Assembly: GCA_965205505.1 (NCBI GenBank)
Contig: CBDBHB010000009.1
Coordinates: 3,040,001-3,104,000, forward strand
Direction: 5' to 3'
DNA from: Acidobacteriota bacterium
Lineage (GTDB): Bacteria > Acidobacteriota > UBA890 > WLXD01
Length of the DNA: 64,000 bases
The notes under the pieces are model-generated. The model was not told where the DNA came from. It was given only the letters and a program-made list of their open reading frames with translations, and did no database searches. This document shows positions 28,039 to 38,365 of this stretch, one piece after another. Within the stretch, counting starts at the first letter, position 1. Every line of letters begins with the position of its first letter. A program made the translations under genes and the position numbers.

Positions 28039-29334
28039 ATGTGCGCTGACGCAATCCCGTGGAAGCTGCGATGCGTGGAGACCGGCGCCACCTATCCAGG
28101 ACTGGAGGTGCGCTATCGGTCCGACATCGGGGAGACACTCGACGTCATACACGACTTTGCTGCCGCCGAGACGATCGATCTCGACACCTTCGATCGCCGG
28201 CGGGGGTCGAAGCAGCCCGCCGACCGTTCCGGCGTGTGGCGCTTCCGCGAGCTGATCCTACCCGTCGGCGCGGACGCGCCGGTCACCAAGCCAGAAGGCA
28301 ATACCAACTTGTACTACTCGGATGCAATCGCCCGCTACGTCGGCCTGGATTCATTCGGTCTGAAGCACGAGGGCGAGAATCCCACCGGCTCGTTCAAGGA
28401 CCGCGGCATGACCGTTGGGGTGACGGTTGCCAAGATGCTCGGCATGCGTCGTGTCGCCTGTGCCTCAACCGGCAATACGTCGGCCTCGATGGCCGCCTAT
28501 GCCGCGCAGGCCGGCATGCAGGCCTTGGTCTTCGTTCCAGACGGAAAGATCGCCTACGGCAAGCTCTCACAGGCGCTCGCCTACGGAGCCACCACGATCC
28601 AGCTGGCCGGTGACTTCGATCGCGCCATGGAGCTCGTGCAGGAAGTGTGCGCGAGCGAGGGCATCTACCTACTCAACTCGGTCAATCCGTTCCGCATCGA
28701 GGGCCAAAAGGCGATCGGCTTCGAGCTGCTACAGGATCTGCACTGGGCCGTGCCCGACTGGATTGTGCTTCCCGGCGGCAATCTCGGCAACAACGCCGCC
28801 CTGTCGAAGGGCATGATGGAGCTGCGCGATCTCGGCCTCATCGACCGGCTACCGCGCATTGCGGTGATCCAGGCGGCCGGTGCCAATCCGCTGTATCGCG
28901 CCTTCCGAAACGGAACCCCGGTGGAACCGCTCGCCAAGCCCGAGACGCTCGCCACGGCGATTCGCATCGGCAACCCGGTGTCGTGGCGAAAGAGCCAGCG
29001 CGGCATCGCTGCTTGTGACGGCGCGGTCGAGGAAGTGACAGATCAGGAGATCCTCGACGCCAAGGCCCAGGTGGACGCAGCCGGCATCGGCGCGGAACCT
29101 GCCTCGTGCACCACCGTCGCGGGAGCCCGCAAGCTGGTAGCTGCCGGTGTTATCGACCCCGCCGACAGCGTTTGCGGCATCCTCACAGGGCACCTGCTGA
29201 AGGACTCCGATACGGTGATCGGCTATCACCGCGGGGAGCTCGAGGGGTTCGACTCGCGCTTCGCCAACGCCCCGATTCGCGCCCCCGCTGAGATCGGGGC
29301 GATCGTCGATCTGGTGCGGTCAGTGGAGCCCTAG
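28039..29334 (+). CDS. thrC: Threonine synthase
   Basis: EGENPTGSFKDRG, CASTGNTSAS, NSVNPFRIEGQK, PGGNLGN and TGHLLKD. Confidence 0.95.
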   Translation: MCADAIPWKLRCVETGATYPGLEVRYRSDIGETLDVIHDFAAAETIDLDTFDRRRGSKQPADRSGVWRFRELILPVGADAPVTKPEGNTNLYYSDAIARYVGLDSFGLKHEGENPTGSFKDRGMTVGVTVAKMLGMRRVACASTGNTSASMAAYAAQAGMQALVFVPDGKIAYGKLSQALAYGATTIQLAGDFDRAMELVQEVCASEGIYLLNSVNPFRIEGQKAIGFELLQDLHWAVPDWIVLPGGNLGNNAALSKGMMELRDLGLIDRLPRIAVIQAAGANPLYRAFRNGTPVEPLAKPETLATAIRIGNPVSWRKSQRGIAACDGAVEEVTDQEILDAKAQVDAAGIGAEPASCTTVAGARKLVAAGVIDPADSVCGILTGHLLKDSDTVIGYHRGELEGFDSRFANAPIRAPAEIGAIVDLVRSVEP

Positions 29335-29354
29335 AGACGCGCTGGTGGTCGCGT

Positions 29355-30413
29355 TCAATCGCCCAGCCGCGCGAGGATCGCCTGCACGATCTCATCTACT
29401 CCGTCCAGCAGCGGAAAGGCGACCGGCAGGTCGAAACGATCGGCGAGGTTGCCGCGTAGGTCATCGCACTGCTCCGCGGACAGGCCGTCGTGATTCAGGG
29501 TCAGCGCCAACACTCGCGCGCCCAGCAGACGTATTAGCTCGATCTCCTCTTCCAGGGGCGGTATGGGACCGCCGGCTTCGCCGAGCCCGTCGAACGATGG
29601 GCGTCCCGGCGCATGCTGCAGCACCACCCCCGTGGCGGCGCCGGAGATGATGAGCTCCGAGCCACACGGACCGCTCGGGTTGCGGAGGGCCGACTGACCT
29701 TCGAGCAGGATCACGTCGGGCTGTTCCTCCCGGTCACAGTCGACGATGACGCGCTCCAGCTCACCGGAGACGAAGTCGTTGAGGGTGGCGTCGAGGATGA
29801 AGCCGTGCTTCTGACCCGACAGCCAGCCCGTTTGCCCGGTATAGACCATCTCGGCCTTCGTACCCGCAGCACACAGAGACTTCATCAGCAAAGCGGTTGT
29901 GGTGCGCTTGCCGAGGGCGCAATCGGTTCCCAGCACGGCGATCCGCGGAGCCCGAACCTGTCGAATCTTCCCCTCCCAGAAGTGAAGATCCGGGGTCGGG
30001 CGCGGCTTGCGGATATCGAGGATCCTGGCGCCGCCGGACGACGCGGCGGCTACAATCTCAGCGTCGTCTTCGAGGAAACGGTGCAGGCCGCTCACCAGCG
30101 AGATACCGGCCTGCGCCGCAGTTAGCAGGGACGCACGCAAGTCCGACGGAATCACCCCTCCGTCGGTGGCGATGCCGATAACGCAGAAGCCCGGCCGAGA
30201 CGGCAGCTTGTCGAGCGACTCGGACACCGACCGGAAGACCGGAATGTCGCGCTTCTGTCCGTCCAGCAATTCGCCCGCATCGGCGCCGGCGCAGCTCGCG
30301 TCGATGACTCCGACGATCGCGTACCGGCTTGGGCCACGGACAAGGCCATGAGCGGTCTTTGCCCAGGCCGTTTCGAACAGGTCGTTCGCCAACAAGATCG
30401 CAGTCTGGCTCAA
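29355..30413 (-). CDS. DUF1611 family protein (P-loop, DgcN-like)
   Basis: AKTAHGL, SGLH, GTDCALGKRTT, TGQTG, DFVSG and EGQ. Start uncertain (TTG 30413 with GGGAG upstream). Confidence 0.85.
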   Translation of the reverse strand: MSQTAILLANDLFETAWAKTAHGLVRGPSRYAIVGVIDASCAGADAGELLDGQKRDIPVFRSVSESLDKLPSRPGFCVIGIATDGGVIPSDLRASLLTAAQAGISLVSGLHRFLEDDAEIVAAASSGGARILDIRKPRPTPDLHFWEGKIRQVRAPRIAVLGTDCALGKRTTTALLMKSLCAAGTKAEMVYTGQTGWLSGQKHGFILDATLNDFVSGELERVIVDCDREEQPDVILLEGQSALRNPSGPCGSELIISGAATGVVLQHAPGRPSFDGLGEAGGPIPPLEEEIELIRLLGARVLALTLNHDGLSAEQCDDLRGNLADRFDLPVAFPLLDGVDEIVQAILARLGD

Positions 30414-30488
30414 CGCATTGACTCCCCTGCTCGTCGATCGCGCCCGCATGCGATCATTCCCCCCGTCCACTATCATGGAGGCATTCGT

Positions 30489-31322
30489 ATGAATCCCGCA
30501 GAACAGGATCAAGGCTCGTGCCGCGCGTCGGCCCCGACGACCCTGGTGAATCTCGAACTGTACCCGATAGATAAGCTGTCGTCGGAAGAGGGGCGGACCC
30601 TGGTTCGCCGCTGCCGCGAACAGCTGGACGAAGACGGCGTGTGCCTACTGCCAGACTTTCTTGCGCCGCAGGTCGCCCCGCTCATGGCGGCGCAGGTCGA
30701 CGAGGTCGTGGGTGAGAGCTATCGCTGCGACACGACGCACAACGTGTATCTCGAGCCCGACGACGACGCCTTCCTGCCGGAGCATCCCCGGCGGCAGCCC
30801 CAACGAACGCATTTGAGGTCGGTTGCCTACGATCAGATCGTCGAAAGCCATGATCTCCGCGCCCTCTACGAGTGGGATCTGCTTACCGAGTTCGTCGCGG
30901 CTACGACCTCCAACGCGCCGATATTCCGTATGGGTGATCCGCTCGCCGCTTTGACCATCAACGTGATGGGCGAGGGACAGCATCACGGATGGCATTTCGA
31001 CGAGTCGGAGACCACGATCACACTCATGCTGCAGGCTCCGCTCCTGGGAGGTGAGTTCGAGTATGTTGCGCGGCTGCGCCGACCCGACGGCGAAGAGTAC
31101 GAGGCCGTGGGGCAGATCCTCGCCGGCGACACGCAAGCTGTTAGCAGGCTCGAGGTGTCGCCGGGAACGTTGATGATGTTCGAAGGCCACGAGGCGCTCC
31201 ACCGTGTCTCACCGGTGGTCGGCAGTACTGCTCGATACGTCGCGGTCCTGTGCTACAAGAGCGAGCCCGGTGTATGCAACAGCGCGGAAGTGCAGCAACT
31301 CTTTTACGGGCGCACTGCCTAG
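30489..31322 (+). CDS. Fe(II)/2-oxoglutarate oxygenase (HalD/BesD-fold relative with intact HxD)
   Basis: GGAGG RBS, GWHFD, GGEFEY, and distal HRVSPV..R. Confidence 0.75.
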   Translation: MNPAEQDQGSCRASAPTTLVNLELYPIDKLSSEEGRTLVRRCREQLDEDGVCLLPDFLAPQVAPLMAAQVDEVVGESYRCDTTHNVYLEPDDDAFLPEHPRRQPQRTHLRSVAYDQIVESHDLRALYEWDLLTEFVAATTSNAPIFRMGDPLAALTINVMGEGQHHGWHFDESETTITLMLQAPLLGGEFEYVARLRRPDGEEYEAVGQILAGDTQAVSRLEVSPGTLMMFEGHEALHRVSPVVGSTARYVAVLCYKSEPGVCNSAEVQQLFYGRTA

Positions 31323-31351
31323 GCGACGCGGCGCTCGCCCGAACTTCCCTG

Positions 31352-32767
31352 CTAGGCTCGCGGGTCAGGCCGACCTGACCCGATACGTCGACGCCCGACG
31401 GCGTATAGGACCACCCCGCCCAGAATCATCACCAGCGTGGAAAGGACCAGCTTCGACAGCCATAGTTGCGGATCCGGCTCGCCATCGGGAGGTACGAACG
31501 CGAGCACGAACGCGACGCTCACCGTGAGGAGGCCTAGGGCGCCCATGAGAATCGCCGCCGGGGCTCCACCTGGGACGCGCCGCACCTCAGGCCCGGCGGG
31601 CTCGCGTTGCAGTCGAATCAGCGCCGCGAAGACGAGCACGTACGGGATCATGTAGCCGATGATCGACATGCTCACCAGGTAGTCGTAGGCGCCGGCCACC
31701 GTCGTTCCGTACTGCGCGAAATAGATGCAGAGGACCTCGATCCCGGCGAGCAACAGCAGCGAGTAGTGGGGCGTGCGCCATCTCGGATGCACGCGTGCAA
31801 ACCACCTCGGCAGAAATCGATCGATTCCGGCGACGAAGGGGACGTGCGCCACGGCTCCGAGCCACAAGCCGACGCTGCCGAGGGCGCTCAGCGCCACGAG
31901 AAAGGCGGCGATCGGAGCGAGCCACCCGAGGCCGAGACGCTGCATCGCGAAGCTGATCGCCTGCAGGATTCCTTGAAACCGGCCGACTTCACTCGCGGGC
32001 ATGGCCACCTGAACGCTGATCGTCGCTACCAGGTACACCAAGCAGGCCAGCGGCGCCGCGGCAAGAATCGCTCGTGGAACGGTGCGGCGCGGTTCCTTGA
32101 TCTCGTCACCCATGAACGACACCGCCTCGATGCCGGTCAGGGCGAACGTGATGGCGGACCAGAAGATCAGATCCTTGATGCTCGATACCGAGACCATCGT
32201 GTCGAGCGTGAACTCGGTGGCGGAGCCGAATGTCGACCACGCCGCGAGCCCGATAGCCGCGAGGATGAGCACCGCCAGCCAGCGCGCCATCGCTCCGGCA
32301 TTGTTCAGCCATTTGCCGACGTTCATGCCGACCACATTCATGAAGGTTGCGACACCGAGCAGGGCGATGGCCGTCAGAGTCATGAACGTCTTGTTATCCG
32401 ATAGCCGTAGCCAGTCGTCGCCGCCGATAAACAGGGCGTTTCCGATCCCGAAGAAGAGCACGCCGGGGAAATACGGCAAGCTGGCCACCCAGAAGCACCA
32501 ACCGGTCATGAAGCCGCCGAAGTCTCCGAACGCCTTCTTGGTCCAGAGATAGATACCCCCCTCCTGCGGGTAGCGGGAAGACAGCTCGATCACCGCCAGG
32601 GCCAACGGCACCATCATCATGGCGAAGCCCAACAGCCACAGGGCGATGGCCTTGGGTCCGGCACCAGCCGCTGTCGCCACCCATTGCAGGTTGACGGATG
32701 CCGTGACGAGAAAGAACACCACGTCGCGGTAGCCCATGACGCGGCGGAGTCTGGGGGCGTCCGGCAC
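31352..32767 (-). CDS. APC family amino acid/polyamine permease
   Basis: GTG 32767 with GGAGG RBS, LRRVMG, ELSSRYPQEGGIYLW, GDEIKEPRRTVP and about 12 TMs. The longer 5' extension in the track is antisense to the SpdH-like gene. Confidence 0.9.
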   Translation of the reverse strand: MPDAPRLRRVMGYRDVVFFLVTASVNLQWVATAAGAGPKAIALWLLGFAMMMVPLALAVIELSSRYPQEGGIYLWTKKAFGDFGGFMTGWCFWVASLPYFPGVLFFGIGNALFIGGDDWLRLSDNKTFMTLTAIALLGVATFMNVVGMNVGKWLNNAGAMARWLAVLILAAIGLAAWSTFGSATEFTLDTMVSVSSIKDLIFWSAITFALTGIEAVSFMGDEIKEPRRTVPRAILAAAPLACLVYLVATISVQVAMPASEVGRFQGILQAISFAMQRLGLGWLAPIAAFLVALSALGSVGLWLGAVAHVPFVAGIDRFLPRWFARVHPRWRTPHYSLLLLAGIEVLCIYFAQYGTTVAGAYDYLVSMSIIGYMIPYVLVFAALIRLQREPAGPEVRRVPGGAPAAILMGALGLLTVSVAFVLAFVPPDGEPDPQLWLSKLVLSTLVMILGGVVLYAVGRRRIGSGRPDPRA

Positions 32768-32947
32768 CTGGATGTCCTCCGTGGGCTCCTCGGGATCGGC
32801 GATTGCGGGGCAGGGTCCACCCCGTATCGGTGCGCCCCTGTGAGCGCGGTCCGAAAGTGTGCCAGAATTCGGCACGCAACCCGGCGGAGGGCGGTTCAAC
32901 GCAGCTGCCGGGAACAACGAATTCCATCGCGCCAAGGAGCAGACACA

Positions 32948-34957
32948 ATGAAGAAGTCCGATCGTGAGCTCGGCATGGGCCGCGACATTACCCGCCGCGA
33001 CTTTCTCAACGGCGCCGGCGTGGCGATCGGTGGTGCCGGTGCGATTGGCGCAGCGATGGGGACGCGAGTGACACTCGCCAACGAGCCGCCAGTGAATCGC
33101 GCCCAGAGTCCTGGGCCCTTCGGCTCCGACGAGTACTACCCGCCCAAGCTCACCGGAATGCGCGGCAGCCATCCGGGCTCGTTCGAGGTGGCGCACGAGA
33201 TGCGCGACGGCAAGACCTGGGGCGAGGCCGCGGACACCGGCGAGAGCTACGACCTGATCGTCGTCGGCGGTGGGCTGAGCGGCTTGGCCGCCGCCTACTA
33301 CTTCCGCAAGGCGTTGCCCGAGGCGAAGGTGCTGGTGCTCGACAACCACGACGACTTCGGCGGCCATGCCAAGCGCAACGAGTTCATGCTCGGAGACCGG
33401 CAGATCATCGGCTACGGCGGCACGATGTTCATCACCGGGGCGTATACCCCCGAGGGCGTGACCCTATTCGACGACATCGGGCTCAACGCCGAGCGCTTCA
33501 ACGCCGCTACTGGGGGCGCCACGGACGACTCCGACCCGCTGGCCAGATACGACCTCCAGCCGGGCGTGTTCTTCGACCGCGAGACCTTCGACGAAGACCG
33601 ACTGGTCGTTGGCACCCCAGACAACGGCTGGGGTGGCGCTAACGCGGCATCGATAACGTGGTCGGAGTTCCTATCGAAGACGCCGCTGAACGAACAGGCG
33701 CGGCACGACATCGCCCGCCTCTACGACGATCAGAAGGATTATCTCGAGGGCCTCTCGGCGGACGAGAAGATCAGCCGGCTTCGCAAAATGAGTTACGAGG
33801 ACTACCTGCTGAACGTCGTCGAGGTAGATCCCCAGGTCATTGCCTACTTCCGGTACAGCATCGATCATAACGGCGCTGCCGGAATCGACAGCATCAGCGC
33901 ATACGGCGCCTTCCGCTCAGGCTGGGTGCCGGGGTTCGACGGCCTGGGGCTAGGACGGCCGTCGCGCAATTGGCTCGAGGAAGCTGGCATCGACAACCCG
34001 CTCGAAGGCATCCACTTCCCGGACGGTAACGCCGGCGTTGCCCGGCTGATGGTTCGTTGGCTGATCCCCGATGCCCTGCCCGGGTCGACGATGGAGGATT
34101 CTGTCGCCACACGGGTGCGCTACGACGCGTTGGACAGGGACAGCAACGATGTCCGCATCCGCGTCAACAGCACCGTCGTGAACGCCCGCCATAGCGGCGA
34201 GCCACGCTCCGCGGACGAGGTGGAGGTGACCTACGTCCGCGCTGGCAAGGCGTATCGGGCTCGCGCCGCAACCTGCGTGATGGCCTGTTACAACGCCGTC
34301 GTCCCCTACCTCTGCCCGGAGATCCCCGACGCGCAGCGGGCCGCGCTCAAGCTCGCGGTTCGCAAGCCCTACGTCTACACCAATGTCGTCGTGCGCAACT
34401 GGACGGCGTTCCACGAGCTCGGCGTCTCGAGCATCAGCAGTCCCGGCAGCTACCATCAATCCGTCATGCTCGACTGGGGCGTGAGCCTCGGGAACTACAC
34501 CTGCTCGCAGACTCCCGAGGATCCCATGGTGGTGCACATGCAGCGGGTTCCGATCATGCCGGGTTTGCCGGCGAGAGATCAGTTCCGCGCCGGGCGCGAG
34601 GATCTGCTGGCAACCTCGTTCGAGACCTTCGAGCGCAACGTGCGCGATCAGCTCGGGCGTGCCCTGGCCAACGGTGGATTCGATCCGGCGCGCGACATCG
34701 AGGCGATCACGGTCAATCGCTGGCCGCACGGCTATGCTGGTGCGCCCAATGACCTGTACGACCCGGAGTGGAGCTATGACGAGGCGCCCTTCGTGGTCGG
34801 CCGCAAACGCTTCGGACGCATCACGATAGCCAACTCTGACGCCGCCGCTGTGAGCCTGACGTCGGCAGCGTTCGACCAGGCGCATCGTGCCGTGCAGGAG
34901 CTGCTGACCGACGTGATCCGACCCGAGTTCCAGTATCCTTGGGCCGAACGCACCTAA
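32948..34957 (+). CDS. Tat-exported spermidine dehydrogenase (SpdH)-like FAD/heme oxidoreductase, copy 1
   Basis: AAGGAG RBS, ITRRDFLNG Tat motif, YYPP.LTGMRGSH, GGGLSG, LDNHDDFGGHAKRNE, HFPDGNA, NRWPHGY and IANSDA. Confidence 0.85.
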   Translation: MKKSDRELGMGRDITRRDFLNGAGVAIGGAGAIGAAMGTRVTLANEPPVNRAQSPGPFGSDEYYPPKLTGMRGSHPGSFEVAHEMRDGKTWGEAADTGESYDLIVVGGGLSGLAAAYYFRKALPEAKVLVLDNHDDFGGHAKRNEFMLGDRQIIGYGGTMFITGAYTPEGVTLFDDIGLNAERFNAATGGATDDSDPLARYDLQPGVFFDRETFDEDRLVVGTPDNGWGGANAASITWSEFLSKTPLNEQARHDIARLYDDQKDYLEGLSADEKISRLRKMSYEDYLLNVVEVDPQVIAYFRYSIDHNGAAGIDSISAYGAFRSGWVPGFDGLGLGRPSRNWLEEAGIDNPLEGIHFPDGNAGVARLMVRWLIPDALPGSTMEDSVATRVRYDALDRDSNDVRIRVNSTVVNARHSGEPRSADEVEVTYVRAGKAYRARAATCVMACYNAVVPYLCPEIPDAQRAALKLAVRKPYVYTNVVVRNWTAFHELGVSSISSPGSYHQSVMLDWGVSLGNYTCSQTPEDPMVVHMQRVPIMPGLPARDQFRAGREDLLATSFETFERNVRDQLGRALANGGFDPARDIEAITVNRWPHGYAGAPNDLYDPEWSYDEAPFVVGRKRFGRITIANSDAAAVSLTSAAFDQAHRAVQELLTDVIRPEFQYPWAERT

Positions 34958-35018
34958 GCCGTCGGCTCCAGCGTGGCGATCGGCCTACTCCAAAAAGGCG
35001 AGGTTGGGCAGCAATCTC

Positions 35019-35567
35019 ATGCGCAAGAAGCTCCGTATCCGTTACCCGTATCTGATAATGACCATTCTTACGGTGGGCACCCTGGCCTGCTCGTCGTCAC
35101 AGCCTCCCACAACGACCCCCATCCCGCCGTCCGCAACGCCGGTGGAACTGGAGCCGCGCGACGTTCGGGCCGAACCTGTCGAGCCGGCCATGCCGGAGCC
35201 CCCGGCCACAGCCGGGGCGGCCACTTCGGTCATGGACGGGGTGTATACCGTCGAGCAGAGCACCCGCGGCGAGGCCGCATATCGTCTCGCCTGCCAGAGT
35301 TGCCACAGGCCCACCTTGCGAGGCGGAATCGTCATCCCGACACTGGTGGGAGAGGATTTCATGTCCAAATGGGGTCGCATGTCGGCCGGCGACCTGTTCG
35401 AGAAACTACGCACCACCATGCCGCCTTCCGCGTCGCGCAGGCTCACCCGCGAGGAGTACGCCGACGTGGTGGCCTTCATCTTCAGCAAGAACGAATTTCC
35501 GCCCGGAGAGCAGGAGCTTGGCACCGACTTCGCCGAGCTCAAGGACATCCAGATCCAGCCGCAGTAG
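35019..35567 (+). CDS. Lipoprotein cytochrome c
   Basis: Lipobox-like TLAC, Pro-rich linker, SVMDGVYT..Q..RG, CQSCH and TMPP. Confidence 0.85.
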   Translation: MRKKLRIRYPYLIMTILTVGTLACSSSQPPTTTPIPPSATPVELEPRDVRAEPVEPAMPEPPATAGAATSVMDGVYTVEQSTRGEAAYRLACQSCHRPTLRGGIVIPTLVGEDFMSKWGRMSAGDLFEKLRTTMPPSASRRLTREEYADVVAFIFSKNEFPPGEQELGTDFAELKDIQIQPQ

Positions 35568-35672
35568 GTGCCGGGAGGCACCCGTGCGTAGATCTGGTAG
35601 GCAAGCGGCGCTCGTACTCGGGTCCGGCGAGGCGTCGACACGGAGGATAGAACGGTGTCTTGGTGCAACAGG

Positions 35673-37001
35673 ATGAAAACTCTACAAGCCACCGGAGTCG
35701 TGCTCGCCGTCGCGTGCGCTGCCGGCTGCGCACCCGTCGACACGGCCGCTAGAACGGCGGAGGCTAGCACCGACGCAGCGCCGTTCGAGTCCGCCTCGAC
35801 GGTGGCCGAGACGCTACGCTGGCACCGCGATCTGCCGACCGACCGAACCGCCTGGTGGGATGTGGTGGGGGAACAACAAGCGTGGAATTTCAAGAACGTC
35901 CATCAGATCGCCCCTACCGTCAACGTTTACCGCGACGGGCCGGTCAGCGAGCTCAGCCGCCGACCTATGGACGAGATTGCCGAGTTCTCTGTCGAGACCC
36001 CCGACGGCCGGATGAGTTACCTCGATTTCCTGCACAGCGATCACTCGACGACGATGGGCCTGGTGATCGTTCATCATGGGGAGATCGTCTTCGAGACATA
36101 TCCGCGGATGGAGCGCTACCAGAAGCCGATCTTCTGGTCCGTTACCAAGGCCTTCGTCTCGACCGTGCTGGCGATCCTCGAGGACCGTGGCGAGGTTGAC
36201 GTCGGCAAGCCGCTGGAGTTCTACATTCCCGAGCTCGAGGGCTCGCAGATCGCTGGCATCACGGTACGTAACGCGCTCGACATGGCGTCGGGACTCGACT
36301 GTCCAGACGACTACGCCGACTCGCACGCCTGTTATAACCATTTCGAATCGACGCTGGGCGACGGGCTGCCCATGGAGACCCCTGAGGACAACCCGTACGA
36401 CATGTTGGTCAACTTCAACTACGGCTATTGGAGTGAGCAGGGAGTCGGTTTCGACTACTCGGGGGTCAACACGTTCCTGGTTGGCTGGGTGGTCGAGAAG
36501 ATCACCGGCATGCCGTTTCAGGACGTCCTCACACGCGAGGTATGGAGGCACATGGGCGCGGAGTCGGATGCGTCCATCTTCGCGGGCCGCAACGGGATTC
36601 CGCTCACCAGCGGCGGCCTTCTGGCGAACGTGCGCGATGTGGCCCGCTTCGGGGTGCTGTTCACCCCCAGCCACGCGGTCGTATCGTCGCGGAAGATCAT
36701 CTCGGACCGCTACGTCGAGCTGATCCTGCACGGTGGCCGGCCAGAGCTTTTCGAGAACGCCCGCAATGGCGGCCGTCGCCCAGGTACGCGACACAACGTT
36801 TACCAGTGGGACGTCGTGTTCGACAACGACGACATCTACAAGGGCGGATGGGGCGGCCAGGGCTTGTTGATCAACCCGGAGCGCGACTACGTGGCGGCGT
36901 ATACCGGCTACTTCAAGGACCGCGAGCACAGCGAGATGAGCGCCCTGCCGGTGCTCCGTGATGTGCTTGAGGGAGTGTTCGGATCAGGGACAAGGCCTTG
37001 A
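35673..37001 (+). CDS. Beta-lactamase-fold serine hydrolase (NylB/6-aminohexanoate-dimer hydrolase-like) lipoprotein, copy 1
   Basis: Lipobox-like Cys, WSVTK (SxxK), LDMASG, FDYSGVNT and KGGWGGQ. Confidence 0.85.
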   Translation: MKTLQATGVVLAVACAAGCAPVDTAARTAEASTDAAPFESASTVAETLRWHRDLPTDRTAWWDVVGEQQAWNFKNVHQIAPTVNVYRDGPVSELSRRPMDEIAEFSVETPDGRMSYLDFLHSDHSTTMGLVIVHHGEIVFETYPRMERYQKPIFWSVTKAFVSTVLAILEDRGEVDVGKPLEFYIPELEGSQIAGITVRNALDMASGLDCPDDYADSHACYNHFESTLGDGLPMETPEDNPYDMLVNFNYGYWSEQGVGFDYSGVNTFLVGWVVEKITGMPFQDVLTREVWRHMGAESDASIFAGRNGIPLTSGGLLANVRDVARFGVLFTPSHAVVSSRKIISDRYVELILHGGRPELFENARNGGRRPGTRHNVYQWDVVFDNDDIYKGGWGGQGLLINPERDYVAAYTGYFKDREHSEMSALPVLRDVLEGVFGSGTRP

Positions 37002-38335
37002 TTCCAGGCTCTCCGTTGCGGCGGCTGGGTGTAGTAAGCGCGGCATTTTGCATGGCCGCCTGCGGTGCCTCCGCACAGGAACCGGCCCTTCCCTCTCCTT
37101 CTCCCGAGCCCGAAGCACTCGAAAAGTTCGAGCCAGCCTCGACGGTCGAGGAGACGTTCCGCTGGCAGCGGACCGTACCGACCGATACCGCCTGGTGGGA
37201 CGTGGTCGGCGAGCAGCTCGCCTGGAGCCTCAAGAACGTTCATCAGCTTTTCCCTACCGTCAATATCTACCGGGACGGGCCGGTTCGTGAGCTCGACTAT
37301 CGGCTCGACGAGAGGATTGCGAACCACCTAGTGGAGACGCGCGACGGCCCGCTGCGCTTCGCGGATTTCCTGCAAAGCGATCACACAACCACCATGGGAA
37401 TGGTGATCTTGCATCGCGGAGAGATCGTCTTCGAAACCTATCCCCGGATGCAGTACTACCAGAAGCCTGCCTATTGGTCGGTCACGAAAGTGCTGGTGTC
37501 GGCCGTGGTCTCGATACTCGAGGATCGCGGCCTGGTGGACGTCGACCAGCCGATCGAGCGCTATGTTGTCGAGCTGAAGGAGTCGCAGTTGGCCGGAATC
37601 ACCGTGCGCAACCTGCTCGACATGGCCTCCGGGATCGATTGCTCCGACAACTATGTCGACTTCGAGTCCTGTTACTACCGGTTCGAGGCGTCGATGGGCG
37701 ACGCATACCGCACCGAGACCAGCCCCGACAACCCGTACGACATGATGATCGACTTCGATTACGGGTACTGGGCCGATCAAGGCACCGGCTACGACTACTC
37801 CGGTATCAACACCTTTCTGCTCAGATGGCTAGTCGAGGAAGTCACCGACATGCCGTTCCAGGACGCGTTCACCGGCGAGATCTGGCGCCATATCGGTGCC
37901 GAGGCCGACGCGTCGATGTTCGCGGCGCGCAACGGGATTGCTCTCGAGGTAGTGATCGCCCGCCTACGAGACCTGGGCCGGTTTGGCTTGTTGTTCACGC
38001 CGAGCTACGGCGTGGTGGCTGATTGCAAGATCATCTCCGATCGGTTCATCGACGTCATCGTCAACGGTGGCCGGCCGGAGCTGTCGGTCAACGCGCGGTT
38101 CGGGCCGCGGCCGGTCGACATGAAGCACACCGTGTACCAATGGGATGTCTACGACAACAACGACTTCCACAAAGGTGGTTGGGCCGGTCAGGGACTGCTG
38201 GTCAACGCTGAACGCGACTACGTGGCGGTCTACGCCAGCTACTTCAAGGATCGAGAACACAGCGAGATGAGCCTATTACCGGCGCTGCGGCAGGTGCTCG
38301 AAGGTGTCTACGGAGGCGCTCCGACGTCGCCTTAG
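36998..38335 (+). CDS. Beta-lactamase-fold serine hydrolase (NylB-like) lipoprotein, copy 2
   Basis: Tandem paralog with WSVTK, LDMASG, YDYSGINT and KGGWAGQ; start overlaps the previous stop. Confidence 0.85.
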   Translation: MIPGSPLRRLGVVSAAFCMAACGASAQEPALPSPSPEPEALEKFEPASTVEETFRWQRTVPTDTAWWDVVGEQLAWSLKNVHQLFPTVNIYRDGPVRELDYRLDERIANHLVETRDGPLRFADFLQSDHTTTMGMVILHRGEIVFETYPRMQYYQKPAYWSVTKVLVSAVVSILEDRGLVDVDQPIERYVVELKESQLAGITVRNLLDMASGIDCSDNYVDFESCYYRFEASMGDAYRTETSPDNPYDMMIDFDYGYWADQGTGYDYSGINTFLLRWLVEEVTDMPFQDAFTGEIWRHIGAEADASMFAARNGIALEVVIARLRDLGRFGLLFTPSYGVVADCKIISDRFIDVIVNGGRPELSVNARFGPRPVDMKHTVYQWDVYDNNDFHKGGWAGQGLLVNAERDYVAVYASYFKDREHSEMSLLPALRQVLEGVYGGAPTSP

Positions 38336-38365
38336 AGCTCACAGCTGTACGGAGATTTCCCAACC

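Noticed and set aside
30489-31322. Possible BesD-type radical halogenase
   Set aside because: It retains the Asp of HxD (WHFD); halogenases have Gly or Ala there, so a hydroxylase is more likely.
32684-33367. Apparent long overlap between the APC permease and SpdH-like ORFs
   Set aside because: Artefact of longest-ORF calling. RBS-supported starts at 32767 (-) and 32948 (+) leave a normal divergent spacer.
35673-38335. Beta-lactam resistance genes
   Set aside because: The SxxK fold is shared, but the motifs fit NylB-like amidases/esterases and the KTG motif is absent.
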